A DNA stretch of 64,000 nucleotides from Mustelus asterias (taxonomy: Eukaryota): the NCBI RefSeq assembly GCF_964213995.1, contig NC_135813.1, positions 44,578,001-44,642,000 on the forward strand, read 5' to 3'. The notes below the pieces were generated by a model. The model worked only from the letters and a program-made list of their open reading frames with translations, did no database searches and was not told the origin of the DNA. Of the stretch, positions 1 to 10,745 are shown one piece after another (the stretch's first letter is position 1; every line of letters begins with the position of its first letter). The position numbers and the translations under genes were made by a program.

Positions 1-547
1 AAAACCAACCCCACCTTAAAGCACAAAGTTTAAAAATTCAATTCATTAAAATGCAACACTTAAGGCAGGAAGAATGAAGATTGGTTGTGTGTTTGGGGGT
101 GAGTGGGAGAGAAGACTGACAGATCAGCAAAAAATAATGACCAGCAAACACGCACCACCTGGGTCTTGTGTCCTCAGTCATTGCCCTCAGCCTTGCTGGG
201 GAGGAAAGGCTCAGGTCTTGCCAATTAGGCTCTTCTGAATGCCAATTCCATGTAATCCCCTGAAGCAAGTTGTCAATGTGGAATTTCCAACAATGGTCCT
301 TCCCTTTCCCTAGCCCTCAGGCAGCATTGAAACTTCAGGCCCTGCTGGTTTCTCTCCTGGGTTTCAGGAAAGTGGGAGCAGGCTCCTAAAACAGCTGCTG
401 AGGACTTCCCCCAAAGTGTGCTGGGCAAAAGTCCTCAAAAACATTACTGTGCAAAAGCTGACTGTGTATTTTGCCAAAACAATAGGTCTCAAAAGTTTGA
501 TGTAAATGGTACATGCCATCACCCACTGTACAGTAGTCAGCACCCAC

Positions 548-634
548 CTGAAAGTTCCCTGGCCAGAGAACGGTGCCTCATCTGTCGAGCAATATTTACC
601 ACCTCATCAAAGGTGATGCTGCCAGTGTGCTTAA
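548..634 (-). CDS. RPL12: 60S ribosomal protein L12 (uL11), coding exon 5
   Basis: Encodes (I)[28 protein letters not shown](G); TTTCTAG acceptor, GTGGGT donor; 87 nt. Later exons lie left of the window. Confidence 0.97.
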
Positions 635-717
635 CTAGAAACAGGAAACAGAATCAAGTTAATAGTCAAACTTAGCATTTCACTAATAAGACTCTCCTAC
701 TCTGCATTGCTACTTAC

Positions 718-799
718 TGTTCTTTTGCTTTTTCCTGTCACGGGGTGGTTCCTTCAGGGCTTTGATGATGAGAGCAGAAGCTGATGGGACAACCTCAAT
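718..799 (-). CDS. RPL12: RPL12 coding exon 4
   Basis: IEVVPSASALIIKALKEPPRDRKKQKN; AG/GTAAGT boundaries; 82 nt. Confidence 0.97.
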
Positions 800-1993
800 C
801 TATGAGTGAAACAGCTGTCAGTGCACAACAGTGGCAAACGCAAAACAAGACCTGTACAAAAAAACCCACACTCCCACTCACAGCACTGTCCTCCCCCCTG
901 CCACAGTACCCTGTCCCTGCTCTCATTTCAGCTTGCTTAGCTACATCACCTGTATTCAGTGTCAAATGCACAGAACAGAGTTCAGGATGAACTTTTGACC
1001 ACCATTAACAGAAAGGATTGCAAACATTATCCACCCCAGCCCATTCACACCAGTTAACAGTTTGAAAGCAGCTTCCAAGTTGACAGCCGTAACTACAATA
1101 GATTCAGGTACAAAATCCCCTCTACCACCAAGCCATGCACATGTCCAGATCATGCACCATCCAAGTCAGGATAATGAATCTCAACCAACTATCACCGATA
1201 GCTGCAAGGAACTTCCCAGATTACTTGCATGACAATCCGTCAACTTTCAAAATATGGGGCCACTCAATTAGAACAGATGAGTGCCTTTCTTAATGTTGAG
1301 ATACTTTGGAATTCTCAACAGGTGGTTGAGGCGAAGTTGAATACCCTTGAAGATCAATTTTTGATAAGAGGGCAAAGGATCGGTTAGACAGGAATGTGAA
1401 GTCGAGGTTAAAGTCAGGCCAACCATTATCGTACGGAGTGGCAGAGCAGGCTCATGAGGTTGAGTGGCCTAGTCCTGATTCATATGTATGTACCCCATGC
1501 AGATGTCACATGGTTATGGGACCACAGCAGCTGATGCAGTTAGACCCAAGCACAATTCACAATGCATCACACCCCAGCTTCTATTTCATACATTTTCATC
1601 TCATCTTAAACCTGCAAGCAATTATATGCTGGAGTCAAGTCCTACAGACTTGTTTTCTGGGACTGTCTCTTCCTGAGCAGTGAAGTCAACCTTTGGCATG
1701 AATACTGACCTATTATTCAGGGCTCCTATTAGCATCTCCTAGTAGACAGAATGTTCATGCAAGTTGTGTGAATATTGATGTCCCCTGCAAACCAATCCTG
1801 ACATCCAGGATTTCATAATGGATCAAATGTACAAGTGAGACCTAGCTGCAGTTTAGCTTTAAAAAAAGTCTTAGTAGAAAGCAAAAACAGTGACTTGGGA
1901 ACTGCAGTAGCTGTGGCTTTTTTCAGTCAACAAGGCAGCAGAGAGGAATGTCTTACCTGGCATATCACAACAATCAAAGTAGGATGTGTATTA

Positions 1994-2263
<270 letters not shown>

Positions 2264-2356
2264 CTAAATAGCAGGCAAAAAAGAGGGCAAATTTAAAAAG
2301 GAGATCAACTAGCAGCTATCTAGAGATCAGTGTAAAGAAAGGGGGCAGATACTCAC

Positions 2357-2430
2357 CAGACCCAGTGGGCCAATCTTGGGAGCCAGAGATGAGGTAGCAC
2401 CAACTTCACCCCCAGTGCATCGGAGGTACA
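2357..2430 (-). CDS. RPL12: RPL12 coding exon 2
   Basis: (V)[24 protein letters not shown]; CAG/GTGAGT; 74 nt. Confidence 0.97.
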
Positions 2431-3797
2431 CTGTGGAAACACAATGACAATAAACTAGCTTGCTTTACAAACACAAAACTGCTCATTCATCTGAACTCCT
2501 TTAACTCGTTAATCCCCATTTTGTTGCATGAATTGAGGGCTGGGCTAGCATTCTACAAAACCAGCCTTTACAGACAACAGCTTTCTCTAATACACAAGTT
2601 CCTAAATATGTTAAAAACTGCCGCAAACAACACTCCTTTTTAGCTTGCCCACCACCCTCCAAAAAAAAAACCAAGTACCTCATTCCCTCAAAACTCCGAT
2701 ATTAAATGTTTGCACTGAGTAAACTAGTGAGTAATCACTATCCCTTGACAATTAGACAGCTTATTTTAACGTCAAATGCATATTCCACTTGATGTCCCGA
2801 GTACAGATTTAGTTAGAATTTGGGGAGAAAGACTAGACAATTACCAGCCAGATTAAGAAACCAATCCAATTTTTAATTAATCTAGTCCAAAATGTTACAC
2901 TTCAAACCTGCCCCGACACTGGTTTTTAGTCATTGGCAGTACCAGAATTTCAGTTTTATTTCACTTACACTGGTGCCTATGCTGGCTCTTGGCAAGAGCA
3001 ATTCAGGTAGTTCCACAACCCTGCTTTTCTCCCACAAAAAATTCTATGAACTGGATGCAAGAATCCCAACACTGGAACTGAACACGGTAAGTGGCATCTA
3101 CAAAGCTGAAGAAACTCCGGACAATCCGAACTTTAACTAGAAGCAGCCTCTGGAGCTGTTTGAATATGAACCAGTGAAACTTAAATCGCAATTCAAGGAA
3201 ATTCTCTTTGCCAGGAAAAGGGAGATATTTATCACCCAATCCCAGCTGTCCTCTGATGGGGGGGGGGGGGGAGATAGACCTTCTTGAAGCATGGCAGTCA
3301 TCACAATGAAGGTGCTGAGAATGGCTATGGGTTAGAAGAAGATTTCAACCAGTGGTGCATAAACAATTAGGCCACAGCATTTCAAGCCTAGTCTGCCATT
3401 CAATAAAAATTGCAACCCCATTTTTTTCATCCTGTTCTTATATTGTTTCCTTAAAATCTATCAACTTCCTCCTTGAATATAAACTCAGTGTCCATGCATC
3501 CAGTCTTCAGACAGATTGCCAAAAAGTTATTCCTCTGAGTTAAGAAATTTCTCATTTCAAGTTTTATGCCATGTCGCTGAATGGGAGGCAATAGGCAATT
3601 GTGTTCAATCAACATAGCATTGCTGCCTGGTCTCTTTCAGGCATGCCTCCACTGAAAAACGCAAGAACCAAAAACTGAACGTTTGTAATTTATTTTGGTA
3701 ACCATTCTGTACAAGTGGACATGTTATACAACAGGATTCCCAAAATTCAAGCATCAAAACATGCATTTCTCCACGTGTAATAATTACTTTGCCCTCT

Positions 3798-4391
3798 TTT
3801 TAGGTCAAACCAAATAAACAAACTCAGATTAAATCAGGACAAAGTAAAAGGGGCAGCTCCCCAAAAAGGAGGGGGAACAGCCCGAACAGAAATCAAAGTA
3901 CAAAGGAAACTTAAAAACATCAAATTAAAATGTGATTATTAGGGTCAATAATGCACCCCAACCCCTGCGGTGCCCAGCGGGCGCGAAGGCGTCAACCGCG
4001 CCCGTGGACACTGCATGCTCCCTCTCCAGGGACACCTGGCCGCGAACGTAGCCGCGGTAGAGGGGAAGACAGTCAGGATGGACGGCCCCCTCGATCGCCC
4101 GCTGCCTGGACCGGTAAATGGCGCATTTCGCCAGGCCCAGGAGCAGGTTCACGAGGAGGTCGCCATCCCGACCCTCCCCTCTCCGCATCGGGTGTCTGTA
4201 GATCAGGAGCGTGGGACTGAAGTGCAGACAAAACATCAACAAAAGGTTCTTCAGGAAAACATAAAGGGAGTGTAGCCTAAGACACACAACATAGACATGG
4301 TCCACGGACTCCACAAGGCCGCAGAAAGGGCAGTCTTCGGAGCCCGTGAACCAGTGAATCCTAACGCTGTGCGGAACTGCTGCATGCATCA
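3798..4391 (-). mobile_element. 5'-truncated Tx1-type (L1 clade) non-LTR retrotransposon, ORF2 C-terminus plus 3'UTR
   Basis: ORF 3925-4476 has the CPFCG..ESVDHVYVVC zinc knuckle and LHFSPTLLIY / DLLVNLLLGLAK motifs typical of Tx1 ORF2; short A tail; CCCTCT repeated at 3792-3797 and 4392-4397 (possible TSD). Confidence 0.8.
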
Positions 4392-4908
4392 CCCTCTGAA
4401 GCTGATGCAGGATATCAACTGCAAAGTTGCTTTCAATATAATACAAGAGAACCAGTGCATCAGAGCAGCCTGGCAATATTCAAGTCTTCACATGGGTTGC
4501 AGTTTAAATTTTTATTTTGGCAGAAGGAATAGTTTTGCAGACCAATTCATAAATTGTTGGAAATGAAAACCATAGATGTACAATAAAACCTGGGAATGGG
4601 ACCTGGGTGCCCTTGTCCATAAGTCATTAAAGGCTAGCACGCAAGTTCAGCTAATGGAATGTTATCATTTATTGCAAGAGGATTGGTGTACAGGAGCAGT
4701 GATATCGTGCTTCAATTGTATAGGAGCTTGGTTAGACCACACACTGGGTACTCCATGCATTTCTGGTCCCCTTACCTCAGAAAGGATATTATTGTTTTTC
4801 TGGAGTGCAACGCAAGTTCACCAGACCTGTTCCTGGGGCTATCTTGAGATATTAATCAAACTGTACCTGTATTCTCTAGTTTCAAAGAATGAGGGGTGAA
4901 TGAGAGCA

Positions 4909-5208
4909 GGCAGCACAGCATTTAACACTGCCACCTCACAGCAGCAGGGACCTGGGTTCCATTCCCAGCTTGGGTCACTGTCTTTGCAGAGTCTGCACGT
5001 TCTCCCTGCGTCTGCGTGGGTTTACTCCAGTTTCCTCCCACAGTCCAAAACATGTGCTGGTTAGGCGCATCAGCTGGGCTAAATTCTCCCTCAGTGTACC
5101 CGATCAAGCGTGGGCACGCCAACTAGAGGATTTTCACAGTAACTTCATTGCAGTGTTAACGTAAGCCTACTTGTGACACTAATAAATAAATTTTATAAAC
5201 TTTTAAAA
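4909..5208 (+). mobile_element. tRNA-derived V-SINE, tail type B (Rex1-like tail)
   Basis: A/B-box head, V-domain, tail TTTTCACAGTAACTTCATTGCAG...TTGTGACACTAATAAATAAA. Confidence 0.85.
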
Positions 5209-5265
5209 GTTCTTATTGAAAATAGGCAAGGTAGGCAACATGCTTCCCTTGGTGGGGAGTTTAGA

Positions 5266-5381
5266 TGGAGATGTCGGCGTTGGACTGGGGTAAACACAGT
5301 AAGAAGTTTAACAACACCAGGTTAAAGGCCAACAGGTTCATATCCTGTTGGACTTTAACCTGGTGTTGTTAAACTTCTTAG
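5266..5381. mobile_element. Penelope-terminus-only hairpin insertion
   Basis: 37-bp inverted arms (1 mismatch, 7-nt loop) of the Penelope terminal sequence; 12-bp TSD GGGGAGTTTAGA at 5254-5265 and 5382-5393. Confidence 0.85.
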
Positions 5382-5867
5382 GGGGAGTTTAGAACCAGGG
5401 TCATAATTTCAAAGCAAGGAACAGAGATGAGAAGATATTTCTTTACACAAAGGATTGTGAAGCTTTGGAATTCTCTATCCCAGAGAGCTGTGGAAGCTCA
5501 GTCATTTATGTTCAAAACAGAGATTGGTAAATTTGATTTAACAATCGGGGTAAAGGTTATGGGGATAATGTGGGTAAGTAGTATGGAAGTGTCCCATCAG
5601 CCATGATCATACTGAATGGTGTAGCCCGCTCGATGGCCTACTCCGTTCCTACGGAATTTGGATGTTGAGTTAATGGGACACCTCAAGCTACTGCTGCCAT
5701 CCGAGGAACACTGACCCGGGCTGGCCGCGAGGCCACGGCGGAAACTGCCCGCAGCCCAGGATCGGCGGAGAGACCCGACACACATGCCGGGGCCTAAGCT
5801 CAGGCTTCTCCTTACCCCCCCCAAAACCCAACCCGAGGCCGGGCCGCCGGCCTGCCCGTGTACACAC

Positions 5868-5904
5868 CGATTTTAATTTCGTTGGGATCGAATTTAGGAG
5901 GCAT
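5868..5904 (-). CDS. RPL12: RPL12 coding exon 1
   Basis: ATG at 5904, MPPKFDPNEIKI(V), GT donor at 5867; 37 nt, phase matches exon 2. Confidence 0.96.
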
Positions 5905-6002
5905 CCTGGCGGCGTTTTACTGCACCCGCGCGCGGTTCCGGTGTCGGATGGACCCTGATTCGGGGCGACCGAGAAGAAGTTGCACCTTCGCCGAGCGGCG
6001 CA

Positions 6003-6091
6003 GTAAGAGGGCGGAGTGGCGGCGGCACCGCCTTATATACCCGCATCACGCCTCGCGAGAACCACCAGTGGCACCACCTCGCCGCCATGTT
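6003..6091 (-). promoter_or_regulatory. RPL12 core promoter in a CpG island
   Basis: Minus strand: TATATAAG (6039-6032) about 30 nt upstream of a TCT/5'TOP-type initiator CCCTCTT (6011-6005); near-perfect TCTCGCGAGA (BANP/ZBTB33) motif 6051-6060; YY1 motif GCCGCCATGTT 6081-6091. Confidence 0.8.
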
Positions 6092-6349
6092 GTGTGAGGC
6101 AAAATAAATTCCTGCCTGATTCTGTGTGTAAAAACAACCATCCGGTAACTTTATTAGAAACCATTAAAAATCAGTCAGACAACAAAGTGTACAATATTTC
6201 ATAAACATTTACGCTGGATCATAATCATTCTTATTCTCCTCCTGTCTTTAAACTGTCATGTGGAGATGCTGGTGTTGGACTGGGGTAAACACAGTAAGAA
6301 GTCTCACAACACCAGGTTAAAGTCCAACAGGTTTATTTGGTAGCAAATA

Positions 6350-6386
6350 CCATAAGCTTTCGGAGCGCTGCTCCTTCGTCAGGTGA
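6350..6386 (-). ncRNA. Minimal type I hammerhead ribozyme motif (stem I degenerate)
   Basis: CAC-CTGACGA-A-GGAGC(AGC)GCTCC-GAAA-GC-TT-ATGG in the Penelope pLTR. Confidence 0.6.
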
Positions 6387-6468
6387 GTGGGAGTTCTGTT
6401 CACAAACAGGGCATATAAAGACACAAACTCAATTTACAAAATAATGGTTGGAATGCGAGTCTATACAG

Positions 6469-6760
6469 TGTGGTGAACCATAGATGGTTACCACTATGGG
6501 TACTTGTATATATGTTACTCTCGTTGCTGTTGGGGTTAGGGTTGTTGGGTGGTTCCACCTGTTATTACTGTTTATGTGGTACACTCCGTTCGGGTCCGCC
6601 CAGGACTCCGCCTTCTTACAGGAGTATAAAGGTCACTGCTACTCCCTCGTAGTCTTTAGTCTGGGATAATATTGTTGAGTAGTGTGCTCCTATTTGTAGT
6701 GAATAAAAGCCTTTATTCCCGGGTACGTTCTAGCCTCCCGTGTGAATCAGTCGCGCATCA
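6469..6760 (+). mobile_element. Solo LTR (292 bp) nested in Penelope
   Basis: TG...CA ends, 5-bp TSD TACAG (6464-6468, 6761-6765), TATAAA 6625-6630, AATAAA 6702-6707; absent from the homologous position in other Penelope copies. Confidence 0.88.
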
Positions 6761-8090
6761 TACAGGTAATCAAGTCTTAAAGGTACAGACAATGTGAGTG
6801 GAGAGAGGGCCAAGCACAGGTTAAAGAGATGTGTATTGTCTCCAGCCAGGACAGTTAGTGAGATTTTGTAAGCCCAGGCAAGTTGTGGGGGTTACAGATA
6901 GTGTGACATGAACCCAAGATCCTGGTTGAGGGCGTCTTCATGTGTGCAGAACTTGGCTGTCAGTCTCTGCTCAGCGACTCTGCGCTGTCGTGTGTCGAGA
7001 AGGACGCCTTGGAGAATGCTTACCCAAAGATCAGAGGCCGAATGCCCGTGACTGCTGAAGTGTTCCCCAACAGGAAGAGAACACTCTTGCCTGGTGATTG
7101 TCGAGCGGTGTCCATTCGTTGTCGTAGCGTCTGCATGGACCCCGCAATGTACCATGCCTCGGGACATCCTTTCCTGCAGCATATCAGGTAGACAACGTTG
7201 GCCGAGTTGCAAGTGTATGTACCGTGTACCTGGTGAATGGTGTTCTCACGTGAGATGATGACATCCGTGTCGATGATCCGGCACGCCTTGCAGAGGTTGC
7301 TGTGGCAGGGTTGTGTGGTGCCGTGGTCACTGTTCTCCTGAAAGCTGGGTAGTTTGCTGCGGACAATGGTCTGTTTGAGGTTGTGCGGTTGTTTGAAGGC
7401 AAGAAGTGGAGGTGTGGGGATGACCTTGGCGAGATGTTTGTCTTCATTAATGACATGTTGAAGGCTCCGGAGAAGATGTCGTAGCTTCTCCGCTCCGGGG
7501 AAATACTGGACGACGAAGGGTACTCTGTCCGCCGTGTCCCGTGTTTGTTTTCTGAGGAGGTTGGTGCGGTTTTTCGCTGTGGCACGTCGGAACTGTCGAT
7601 CGATAAGTCTAGCGCCATATCCTGCTCTGATGAGAGCATCTTTCAGCGTCTGGAGGTTTCTGTTGCGATCCTCCTTAACTGAGCAGATCCTGTGTATACG
7701 GAGGGCTTGTCCGTAGGGGATGGCTTCTTTAACGTGTTTAGGGTGGAAGCTGGAGAAGTGGAGCATCGTGAGGTTATCCGTGGGCTTGCGGTACAGTGAG
7801 GTGCTGATGTGACCGTCCTTAATGGAGACGCGTGTGTCCAAGAATGCAACCGATTCCAGATAGTAGTCTATGGTGAGTCTGATGGTGGGATGGAACTTGT
7901 TGATGTCATCAAAATCTCACTAACTGTCCTGTCTGGAGACAATACACATCTCTTTAACCTGTGCTTAACGCTCTCTCCACTCACATTGTCTGTACCTTTA
8001 AGACTTGATTAGCTGTAAAGACTCACATTCCAATCATTATTTTGTAAATTGAGTTTGTGTCTTTATGTGCCCTGTTTGTGAACAGAACTC

Positions 8091-8137
8091 CCACTCACCT
8101 GACGAAGGGGCAGCGAACGCTCTGAAAGCTTGTGTGG
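8091..8137 (+). ncRNA. Minimal type I hammerhead ribozyme motif
   Basis: CCACTCAC-CTGACGA-A-GGGGC(AGCGAAC)GCTCT-GAAA-GC-TT-GTGTGG. Confidence 0.7.
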
Positions 8138-8539
8138 CTTTTGCTACCAAATAAACCTGTTGGACTTTAACCTGGTGTTGTGAGACTTCTTACTGTGTTT
8201 AAACTATCATCCAGTGTCGGGAGTTTGGAGGTGAACGGAGAGAGGGCATCTCTTACTTTCTTTCATTACTTGTTGGCGTTGGGAGTTTGGGAGGTCAGTA
8301 TTTGTGGCACCTCTTGTTCCTTGCTTGCTACTTGTTGGTGCAGGTGGCGCTTCTTGCCGCTGTGCGGCTGCTTGTTGGTGTTGGAGGAGTGCCTGGAGGC
8401 GGAACTTGGGCTGGATTCAGTCGCTGCTTCTGGCGAACGGGAATCGAGGCCGCAGCGAGCGGCGCAGACCCCGAGCTTGGAGCCGCTGCCCCCGGGACCG
8501 CTCCCTTCCCCACGGGGACTGGCGGAGTCTCAGCCCGAG

Positions 8540-8611
8540 ATGATGCTCTTCTCTCGGAAGAAGAAGCAGAATGAAGAGGCGCGGAAACGGCTGGAATATC
8601 AGATTTGCCTG
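8540..8611 (+). CDS. LRSAM1: E3 ubiquitin-protein ligase LRSAM1, coding exon 1
   Basis: MMLFSRKKKQNEEARKRLEYQICL matches the LRSAM1 N-terminus; GTGAGG donor; CpG-rich context; head-to-head with RPL12 as in human. Confidence 0.95.
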
Positions 8612-8619
8612 GTGAGGAT

Positions 8620-8835
8620 GGAGGGGGGGAGTGAGGGTGGCCGGGGGGGAGGGGGATCACTAGGCCGGGGGGAGGGGGGGTCACTAGGCCGGGGGGAGTG
8701 AGGGTGGCCGGGGGGGAGGGGGTCACTAGGCCGGGGGGAGTGAGGGTGGCCGGGGGGGAGGGGGGTCACTAGGCCGGGGGGAGTGAGGGTGGCCGGGGGG
8801 AGGGGGGGTCACTAGGCCGGGGGGAGGGGGGTTTG
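8620..8835 (+). repeat. G-rich composite minisatellite
   Basis: Alternating GGGGGGAGTGAGGGTGGCC and GGGGGGAGGGGGGGTCACTAGGCC units. Confidence 0.9.
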
Positions 8836-9764
8836 GGGGTGAAGCTGGCTAAGCGGCTCTGAACCTCACTTGTCAACACTTCACATCCCAGTGATTTAAA
8901 TCCCTGCAGACACTTTGATCCAGAGGGAATTTATATTTTCCCCATGAAGATGCTTCAATCGGATGACAACAGTCGCTGGACAGTCCCCCTCCCCCCCCCC
9001 CCCCCTTCCTCATTGAAAAGATTCTGCCTCATTTCAAACAGGTTTCTGTGTGGTTAATGACAGCCAAATAGTTTGATCACAGGGCTGAGAGCAGCTGGCC
9101 TGACCCACACCTTTACAAACCAGGGTGGACACTTGGTGACAAATGGAAAATTAAAAGCTCTGCCGTATGTTCAGAGCAGACTGTGGCATATACAACAACT
9201 CTTGATTCGCAAATACGAAGAAAGCATCACATCCTGGGTCAGTGTAACCTGTAGAGAAACTTGGCAGTCTCCTCGAGTGACAAGGTTTGGGGCCGTGGGG
9301 GGCGCTTTGGCAGAAAACTGAATGAACTAAAGTAAACAGGCTTCAGCAGTGGAAGTGAAAGCTCTAGCTCTAATATCCACACACATACCGATACACACAC
9401 ATTCCCATTGCCGTCTTTCCCAAAATATATTCCTCATTCTGCTTGTGACAGCTTTACAGATTTGAACAGCGACAACACTACTCCAAAACTGCAAATCAGT
9501 AACTAATATCAAAGAATGTAATTTAATCTGGCTCACTCGGTTATACTTTTATTGATTGTGTAAATTATGCATAAATCATTTCGGAACTGTTATGGGAACA
9601 AGCATTCCAACATCACGAGGCATATTACACACTATAGTGTGTATTTCTTCCAGTACCTATCTTGTGAAATGTGTAAAACAGTGAAAATGTGCATCAGAAT
9701 ATTCTCCTTTTCCATGTAGAATAAATTTGTAAGTAGGAGGAACCGTCGTCATCAGACGATGACA

Positions 9765-10740
9765 AACATAGAAACTAGAAGCAGGAGTAGGCCATTTAGC
9801 CCTGCAAGCCTGCGCCGCCATTCAATTTGATCATAGCTGATCATCGAATTAAATATCCTGATTCCCTCCCCCCCCCCCCCCCCCCAAAATATCCCTTGAT
9901 CCCTTTAACCCCAAGAGCTATATCTAATTTCTTCTTGAAATCATACAATGCTTTGGCCTCAATTACATTCGGTGGGAGTGAATTCCACACATTCACCACC
10001 CTCTGGGTGAAGAAATTTCTCCTCCCCTCAGTTCTAAAGGATTTACCCCTTATCCTCAAACTATGACCCCTAGTTCTGGACTCCCCCACCATTGGGAACA
10101 TTCTTTCTGACTCTACTCTGTCTAACCCTGTTAGAATTTTATAAGTTTCGATGAGATCTCACTCCCTCTTCTAAACTCCAGTGAATATAATCCTAACCAG
10201 GCGGCACGGTGGGACAGTGGTTAGCACTGCTGCCGCACAGCGCCAGGGACCCACATTCGATTCCTGGCTTGGGTCACTGTCTGTGTGGAGTTTGCACGTT
10301 CTCCCCTATCTGCGTGGGTTTCCTCTGGTGCTCCGGTTTCCTCCCACAATCTGAAAGACGTGCTGGTCAGGTGCATTGGCCCGAACAGGCGCTGGAGTGT
10401 GGTGACTAGAGGAATTTCACAGTAACTTCATTACAGCGTTAATGTAAGCCTTACTTGTGACTAATAAATAAACTTTTTAACTTTACTTTAACCGACTTAG
10501 TCTCTCCTCATATGACAGACCTGCCATCCCAGGAATCAGCCTGGTAAACCTTCGCTGAGACATCCTTCCTTGGATCAGGATACCAAAGCTGCACACAATA
10601 CTCCAGATGTGGCCTCACTAACGCCCTATACAATTGCAGCAAGACATCCCTATCCCTATACTCAAATCCTCTCGCTATGAAAGCCAACATACCAGTTGCC
10701 GCCTTTACTGCCTGTTGTACCTGCATGCTTACTTTCAAAG
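9765..10740 (-). mobile_element. CR1 LINE 3' fragment, interrupted by a SINE
   Basis: LAFIARGFEYRDRDVLLQLYRALVRPHLEYCVQ and RTRGHSLRIRGKSFRTEGRRNFFTQRVVNVWNSLP. Confidence 0.9.
10200..10490 (+). mobile_element. V-SINE, tail type B
   Basis: tRNA-like head GGCGGCACGGTGG...TTCGATTCC and type B tail ending in (AACTTT)n. Confidence 0.85.
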
Positions 10741-10745
10741 TTAAA

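Larger units (their letters stand above)
4575..5655 (+). mobile_element. Degraded CR1 LINE 3' region, interrupted by a SINE and a Penelope hairpin
   Basis: FIARGLVYRSSDIVLQLYRSLVRPH...FWSPYLRKDI is the CR1 RT C-terminus; CR1-like 3'UTR follows. Confidence 0.75.
6260..8197 (-). mobile_element. Penelope-like element (RT C-terminus + GIY-YIG endonuclease) with inverted terminal copy
   Basis: ORF 7020-7841: LYRKPT, HPKHVKEAIPYGQALRIHRICS, NVVYLICC..C..AWYI, QTLRQRM; pLTR inverted at about 7912-8197; TSD TTTAAACT(G/A)TCAT at 6247-6259 and 8198-8210. Confidence 0.92.

Noticed and set aside
337-446. Hairpin-AAAACA-hairpin-ACA layout on the plus strand resembling an H/ACA snoRNA
   Set aside because: Antisense to the host gene, the boxes fall in A-runs, and G-U pairs favour the other strand.
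1690-1730. Small hairpin with flanks resembling SNORA65 guide elements (ATAGGAG...GCCAA on minus)
   Set aside because: Guide mismatch, no lower stem and no ACA box at the right distance.
3298-3304. C-box GTGATGA on the minus strand in RPL12 intron 1
   Set aside because: No matching D box or terminal stem; it lies in a degraded LINE tail.
8180-8539. In-frame upstream extension of LRSAM1 in the ORF track
   Set aside because: Starts at a non-ATG codon inside the Penelope terminus; homology starts at ATG 8540.
10209-10409. Recurrent short ORFs of the type AQWLALLPHSARDPGSIP
   Set aside because: Chance translations of the SINE consensus, repeated at each copy.
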